Assembly: GCA_965223545.1 (NCBI GenBank)
Contig: OZ245006.1
Span: 4,416,001-4,480,000 of the forward strand
DNA from: Planctomycetota bacterium
GTDB lineage: Bacteria > Planctomycetota > UBA1135 > UBA2386
Direction: 5' to 3'
Length of the DNA stretch: 64,000 nucleotides
Under the pieces are notes generated by a model that worked only from the letters and a program-made list of their open reading frames with translations, did no database searches and was not told the DNA's origin. Numbering within the stretch: the first letter of the stretch is position 1; each line of letters opens with the position of its first letter. Shown here piece by piece: positions 58,858 to 64,000 of the stretch. The translations under genes and the position numbers were made by a program.

Positions 58858-59933
58858 GTGCGGACCGGGAACTGGCCGTCCAGTGCGATGATGAAACGGA
58901 CCTCGGTGAAGGCCTTGTCTTTTGGCTCGGCGTCCGCGGTCGCGTTGGCCACTCCGGCACGCGCCATCCCGGGCGAGACCCCCGGATGGACCGGAGCACG
59001 ACCGCGCAGGTCGGGGATGCCGAACGTCATCCGTCCGTCCCCGCCGTAGCCCACGCCGAGCACCGAAAACAGCGTCGAGTGCTGCGTCACCGAGAGCAAT
59101 TGCCCCTCGCAGAAGGCCCAGCCTTTCGGCGCAAACGTGCCAGCGAACATTCGAATCTCACCAATCACGGGCATGTCGTCGTCGTCCTCCAAACTCGGGA
59201 CCAGGCGTTCTCGTCGGGCGTCGGTGTGGTCTTCGGCGCGGCCGGTGACGCAGAGCCGCACGCGCAGCCGGGTGGCCGCGTCTTCGCCCGGGATGGGCGG
59301 AAACTCGAGTTCGACATCGGACTCGCGGTCGATCTCGGCAGTCGACGTCGGTTCGCTCGGGTGGTTCAACCACACCGGTCGAGATTGCGGGTTGCCCGCA
59401 GCTCGACTCTCGAGCTCGATGAGTGATCCGTACCATACGCGCCCTTCCGCGCCGGCTGGCACGCTCTCGATCGCGAACACCGGCGGCTCGGAGCCGGCGT
59501 CGGATCGCACGAGTTGGCCGTCCTTCAGCTCGAGTGCTTCGCCCTCGCTGTCGCGAATCACGACCATGCACCCGTATTGGGCGGGTTCGATGACGTCGAC
59601 CGTCATCTCGATCGCCTTGCTGTCGTTGAGCGTCGGCGCGTCGGGATCGTCCAAGTACAGCCGTCCCTCGCGCAGCTGCGTCGAGGAGTGGAGATCACCT
59701 TTGGTCTCGAGCAGGCAGCGCGGTGGCGTGCGGCGCTTCCCATCGAGCGTTTCGAAGGTCAATCTCTCGCGGTGGACGACCACGCCTTCTTGCCACGAGC
59801 TGCACGGCGCGATCCGCAAGCGGGGGGCGGAGTCGGGGGCAGGCTTTAGCTCGCCGTTCTCTTCGATGTCGTACGCGGTACCGTCTGCGCCGCGCAGTAC
59901 GACGACCGAACCGAAGAGCAGCGACAGGCTCAC
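58854..59933 (-). CDS. Protein with C-terminal phage tail-collar domain
   Basis: IGEIRMFAGTFAPKGWAFCEGQLL..LFSVLG..YGGDG..TFGIPDLRGR...FIIAL.G.FP; GTG overlaps upstream stop. Confidence 0.82.
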   Translation of the reverse strand: MSLSLLFGSVVVLRGADGTAYDIEENGELKPAPDSAPRLRIAPCSSWQEGVVVHRERLTFETLDGKRRTPPRCLLETKGDLHSSTQLREGRLYLDDPDAPTLNDSKAIEMTVDVIEPAQYGCMVVIRDSEGEALELKDGQLVRSDAGSEPPVFAIESVPAGAEGRVWYGSLIELESRAAGNPQSRPVWLNHPSEPTSTAEIDRESDVELEFPPIPGEDAATRLRVRLCVTGRAEDHTDARRERLVPSLEDDDDMPVIGEIRMFAGTFAPKGWAFCEGQLLSVTQHSTLFSVLGVGYGGDGRMTFGIPDLRGRAPVHPGVSPGMARAGVANATADAEPKDKAFTEVRFIIALDGQFPVRT

Positions 59934-60262
59934 GGGGCGTCGTCCCCGCGCTCGAGGCCCGTTTCTGTATCGGTTCCTTTTAGCATCAGGGTGTTCGCTG
60001 CGGCCACCGCCCGCGCGGCCGCCTCGGCAGCTGCCTGCGCCTGTTGGATCTGTCCCGCGGCCGCCACCAGGGCTTGCTCCGCGGTGATCTGCGTCGCGGG
60101 AGTGCCTGGCAGGGCGGCCGCCGCGGCGGTCGCCTGCGCTTGGTGGATTTGTCCCATCGCGGTCGCGAGTGCCTGCTGTGTGTTCGCCTGCGCCTCGCGC
60201 AACGTGTTGGCCATCTCTTGCATGAGAGCAATCGGGTCGAGGGGTGCTTGTTCGCTGGGCAT
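59930..60262 (-). CDS. Small Ala/Gln-rich helical protein with an internal duplication
   Basis: GGAGGA SD; QQALATAMGQIHQAQA / EQALVAAAGQIQQAQA. Confidence 0.7.
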   Translation of the reverse strand: MPSEQAPLDPIALMQEMANTLREAQANTQQALATAMGQIHQAQATAAAAALPGTPATQITAEQALVAAAGQIQQAQAAAEAAARAVAAANTLMLKGTDTETGLERGDDAP

Positions 60263-60386
60263 CGGGTCCTCCGTCTGGAGGAGAAGGCGCGCGAGCGTAC
60301 GGCCTCACGCCCTGTCACACCACAGCGTTGCGCGGTAGAGAACCACCCGCCCGCGCGTCCCTTCTGCAATTGCTTCCGTACCATCT

Positions 60387-61921
60387 TCACCAGAGTGCGG
60401 CCCGCGGCGCGCTGCGGTCCTGCTCGCGCAACCGGAGCAACAGAGAGCGCATGTCTGCCACGACTTCGGGATGCTCGGCGCACACGTTGTTCTGCTGACT
60501 CGGATCCCTCGCGAGGTCGTAGAGCGCGTGCGGGTGTGGATTCGCGGAAGTCTCTTGTGTCGGCAGGTACCACTCGGGGACTCGCGTGTGCGCGCCGTCC
60601 CGGGCGTCGAGATACAGCCAGTCGCCACGGCGTACGGCCCACGTGTCGGCGAATGTGTTGTGCACGAGGTGTGGCCGCACGGCACCGGTCTCGCCCCGCC
60701 AATGCCGCAGTAGGTCGAAGCTGTCCTCGGCGGCGTCCGCCGGCAGCCGAAAGCCGACGATGCCCGCCAACGTCGCCATCAGGTCGGTTTGGCAGATCAG
60801 CGCGTTGCTGGTCGTGCCCGTGCGCACTACGCCTGGCCAACGGACCAAGAATGGCACGCGGTGGCCGCCCTCGAACACGTCGCGTTTCAGGCCACGGAGG
60901 TGGCCCATGCTGCGATGGCCGAAGCGGCGGACTCGCTCGTACGCGTAGTGTTCCGGACCGTTGTCGGAAGTGAACACGACAATCGTGTTCTCGGAGGCGC
61001 CGATTGACTCGAGCGCGCGCAGCACCGCGCCGACCGCGGCATCGGTCTGGGCGACGAAGTCGCCGTAAGGGCCGGCCGCGCTGGTGCCAGCAAAGTCTGC
61101 GGTGGGCACGATCGGCGTGTGCGGGGCGGTGAACGGAAGGTAGAGGAAGAACGGGCGGCGATCGCCCTTGCGCTCGTGCAACCAGGCCACGGCGCGCCGG
61201 GTCAACTCGGGCATCACGGCGTCGAGCCGCCAGCCGCGCGCCATCGGTCCCGGCCGGCATTCGGCCGACCCTTCTGTTGGTTGTGGCGCGACGGCCAGCG
61301 ATTCGGTGGGCGCGACCACGACCCGGTCGTCCTCGATCCACGTGTAGGGCGGGAAGTTCGGCACGTCGTCACCGAAGTAGTGATCGAAGCCGTGCGCCAG
61401 GGGGCCGCCCGGGATTGGGCGGTTCCAGTCGAACGCTTCGGCGGCGAAGCCGCGACCGGGCAGTGGCTCCGCGTCGGCGCGCCGGATCGCGGTCCAGTCC
61501 CAACCGAGATGCCACTTGCCGATGCACGCCGTGCGATATCCGCGCGCCTGCAGCATCTCGGCCAGCGTGAGCCGTTCTGGATCGAACACCGAGCCGCCGA
61601 ACGGTCTGACGATCCCGTGGAACTTGCGCCAGTGGTGTCTGCCCGTGAGGAGGGCGTAGCGGCTCGGTGTGCAGATCCCCGAGGAGCTGTGCGCGTCGAC
61701 GCACCGCATTCCCTGGCGGGCGAGTGCATCGATGTGCGGGGTGGGGATCTTCGAGGTCGGCGCGTAGCAGCCGAGGTCGCCGTAGCCGAGGTCGTCGGCG
61801 TAGAGCACGACGATGTTTGGTCGACCCGGCGTCGTTGGTCCGCGACCCCGCAGGAAGCGAGGGCGAATCCCAGCGCGACGGCCAGTATGCGTCCTCGACC
61901 GTGACTGCGACGTTCGATCAC
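60387..61921 (-). CDS. Arylsulfatase (formylglycine type), apparent frameshift just after the signal peptide
   Basis: PNIVVLYADDLG, CTPSRYALLTGR, GKWHLG, SDNG, EGGHRVP; lipoprotein signal (..FALASC) lies in another frame. Confidence 0.85.
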
Positions 61922-61946
61922 GGACCGATAGACTATCCGACCCACC

Positions 61947-62906
61947 ATGGACGAGGTCGCGATCACCGCCGATGACGATGGCATCCGGCTCGACCGCTGG
62001 TTTCGTCGCCATCGGCCGGAGGTGAAGCACGGCGAATTGCAGCGCATGTTGCGCACCAAGCTGGTGCGCGTCGACGGGGAGCGGGCGGAGGCGGGCACCC
62101 GGCTGTCGGCGGGGCAGACGCTGCGGTTACCGCCGCGCCTGGTGTCCACGCGAGCGCCGCGCGCGGCGGCGCGCCACGGTCAGCACGCGCTCTCCGTCCT
62201 CGTGGAAGACGCCGAGATCATGGTTGTCGACAAGCCCCGCGGCATCGCGGTGCAGGGTGGCACCGGCGTGCAGCAGTGTCTCGTCGACGCGCTGCCCCCC
62301 GGCGCGCACCCGGTGCACCGCCTCGATCGGCACACCTCGGGCGCGCTGTTGGTCGCGAAGACACCGGCGGCGCGGGCCCATCTGTCCGCGGAGCTGCGCG
62401 CGCAGCGCGTGCGCAAGGTGTATCTCGCGTTGTTGGTCGGTGTGCCCGATCCACCGGAGGGGGTCATCGACTTGCCCCTGGCAGTCAGTGGCGAGGTCGA
62501 GCGGACGCAACCAGATCCCGACGGCCGGCCGGCGCGGACGCGGTTCCGGGTCTTTGCCGCTGCCGCCGATCCAGGGTGGGCGTGGGTGCTGCTGAGTCCG
62601 TTGACCGGGCGCAAGCATCAGCTGCGCGCGCACCTGGCCGCGCGCGGCTGGCCCGTGGCGGCGGACGGTAAGTACGGCGGCGCCCGGGCGCACCGATTGG
62701 CTGGGGTGGTGGGACGCGATCTGCTGTTGCACGCGTGGCAGATCGGCTGGACGGATCGGCACGGGTCTGAGCGCGTGGCGGTTGCGCCGTTGCCAGCGCA
62801 CATCCGGCGCGCGGCGGCCGCGACGGCGCTCGACGAGGAGGCGGCGCGTGCGGCGGCCGACACCTGGGTGCGGCCACCGGGGATCGCGGACTCCGATCGC
62901 GATTGA
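61947..62906 (+). CDS. RluA/RluC-family pseudouridine synthase with S4 domain
   Basis: RLDRW, DKPRG, VHRLDRHTSG, TGRKHQLRAH. Confidence 0.92.
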   Translation: MDEVAITADDDGIRLDRWFRRHRPEVKHGELQRMLRTKLVRVDGERAEAGTRLSAGQTLRLPPRLVSTRAPRAAARHGQHALSVLVEDAEIMVVDKPRGIAVQGGTGVQQCLVDALPPGAHPVHRLDRHTSGALLVAKTPAARAHLSAELRAQRVRKVYLALLVGVPDPPEGVIDLPLAVSGEVERTQPDPDGRPARTRFRVFAAAADPGWAWVLLSPLTGRKHQLRAHLAARGWPVAADGKYGGARAHRLAGVVGRDLLLHAWQIGWTDRHGSERVAVAPLPAHIRRAAAATALDEEAARAAADTWVRPPGIADSDRD

Positions 62907-62916
62907 TCTGCGGGCT

Positions 62917-64000
62917 CTACTGGATCGTGATCTTGATGGCCGTCGACAGGTCGAGTCCCGAGGCACAAGCCGCTCCGCCCGTGACCGCCCACTGCAGGTA
63001 CAGCGATTGCCCGACCAGCACCGGATTCGGTGGAATGGCAAGCGGAAGCAGCGCATTCCCATCGCTATCCGTAGTCGCGGGGCTCGCCACCGCGGTGCTC
63101 GTGTCTACGTGGACCACGCACGGACCGCACGCGAACGCGGCAGACTGCGCTGCGACCAACGCGGCGACGACCCTTTGCGGGCGCCCGTCACGCAGGCGGA
63201 GCGCGAACCCGTTGTTTCCATTGCGGACGCACGCCGCGGTCGCCCAGCCGCCGCGCCCACAGCCACCGCCGACTTGTTCGACCACACCGTCGTCGGAGCG
63301 GAACAATCGGATCGTGCGCTCGTTGGCGACGACGAGGGCCTGCTCGCTTCCGCCGCTTGCCGGTAGCCGCCCGACGGCAGTCGGTGTTCTTGCGGTTCGA
63401 GGTGAGTGCGATTGGACGAGGAACGGGCCCTCGCAGGGCGCGCAGTTGAATGGGTCAACCGAGACCAGCTGTGCGTTGTCGCCTCCGTCCAGATAGCCGA
63501 TCAAGAACGAGCCGTCCATGAATGCCACAGAAGCGACCGGAGTTTCGAGAGCACCGCGAAGGCACGCATCCGGTTGGGGGGGTGTTACCGTGCCCAAGAC
63601 GTGCTCGCGACCAAAGCGCAGCGTTTGCGCCGTCGAGGTCCACTGCGCTGAACGAAAGACGAGTTCGCCCGTCGGCGAGAGATATGTCAGCAGCCAATGC
63701 CTGCCGTCGCCAGCCACTTCGATGCGGCTTCCAGTAGTACCTCCGGGGCCGACGGGTCCACGATAGAGCAGCTGCATCGATCGATCGACGACCGCACACT
63801 GCAGCTGGCCCTGGTACCTCCAAGCGACCAGGTGGCGTTGTCCGATCCCGTCGGATTTTGAGATAGAGATTCCCGCCCCGAGGTCGACCGAGCCCAGTGT
63901 GACGGTTCTCGCGTAGGTCGCCGCTCCAGCAGCGTCGACCAGAAACTGATCCACGCGGGCAACGGGCAGGGCGGGATCGGTGATTACCGTGTACGCCACG
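62917..64000 (-). CDS. C-terminal part of a probable secreted protein (starts beyond window)
   Basis: Open frame to window end; ends in the recurring domain (GGGCG...LPLAIP...LVGQSLYLQW...STAIKITIQ). Confidence 0.75.
   Translation of the reverse strand, partial: VAYTVITDPALPVARVDQFLVDAAGAATYARTVTLGSVDLGAGISISKSDGIGQRHLVAWRYQGQLQCAVVDRSMQLLYRGPVGPGGTTGSRIEVAGDGRHWLLTYLSPTGELVFRSAQWTSTAQTLRFGREHVLGTVTPPQPDACLRGALETPVASVAFMDGSFLIGYLDGGDNAQLVSVDPFNCAPCEGPFLVQSHSPRTARTPTAVGRLPASGGSEQALVVANERTIRLFRSDDGVVEQVGGGCGRGGWATAACVRNGNNGFALRLRDGRPQRVVAALVAAQSAAFACGPCVVHVDTSTAVASPATTDSDGNALLPLAIPPNPVLVGQSLYLQWAVTGGAACASGLDLSTAIKITIQ

Noticed and set aside
53982..58949. Diversity-generating retroelement TR/VR pair in the tail-collar repeats
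   Set aside because: Mismatches are not confined to adenines of either copy (CGT/CGC, GAC/CAC, CGC/CGG) and no reverse transcriptase is present
58854..59933. Prophage
   Set aside because: Only an isolated tail-collar domain; no capsid, terminase, portal or integrase genes
187..63962. Many long overlapping or antisense Arg/Pro/Ala-rich ORFs (e.g. 187-1716, 38619-40802, 27335-29284)
   Set aside because: Shadow frames of real genes in high-GC DNA, with no motifs
1..64000. CRISPR array or cas genes
   Set aside because: No regularly spaced direct repeats; the repetitive DNA seen encodes FG-GAP, Kelch and SBBP protein repeats

Overview
GC-rich bacterial chromosomal window, most likely Planctomycetota (DUF1549/DUF1553 planctomycete cytochrome-c gene plus DUF1501, ECF/Ser-Thr kinase pair, many secreted beta-propeller proteins). 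It holds about 50 CDS, tRNA-Val(TAC) and housekeeping or accessory genes (ugd, mgtE, two PilT ATPases, RluA-family synthase, sulfatase, diheme peroxidase). Points the ORF track does not show: (1) an AhpD-like selenoprotein (CHYU) with a clear SECIS hairpin; (2) a ~200-bp, CTCA-bounded, double-hairpin non-autonomous element in 3 full and 2 partial copies, one splitting a dprA-like gene of a decayed DprA-PRTase (putative defence) locus; (3) a coupled operon of Fe-S aldo/keto reductase, class-III aminotransferase and CX5CX2C radical SAM enzyme, in which two enzymes carry the same kind of Ig-like module; (4) a recurring ~120-aa domain on unrelated secreted proteins that may be an undescribed sorting or anchoring signal; (5) a CTAG-flanked hairpin MITE. 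All calls come from reading motifs by eye; no database searches were run, and some start codons are uncertain.
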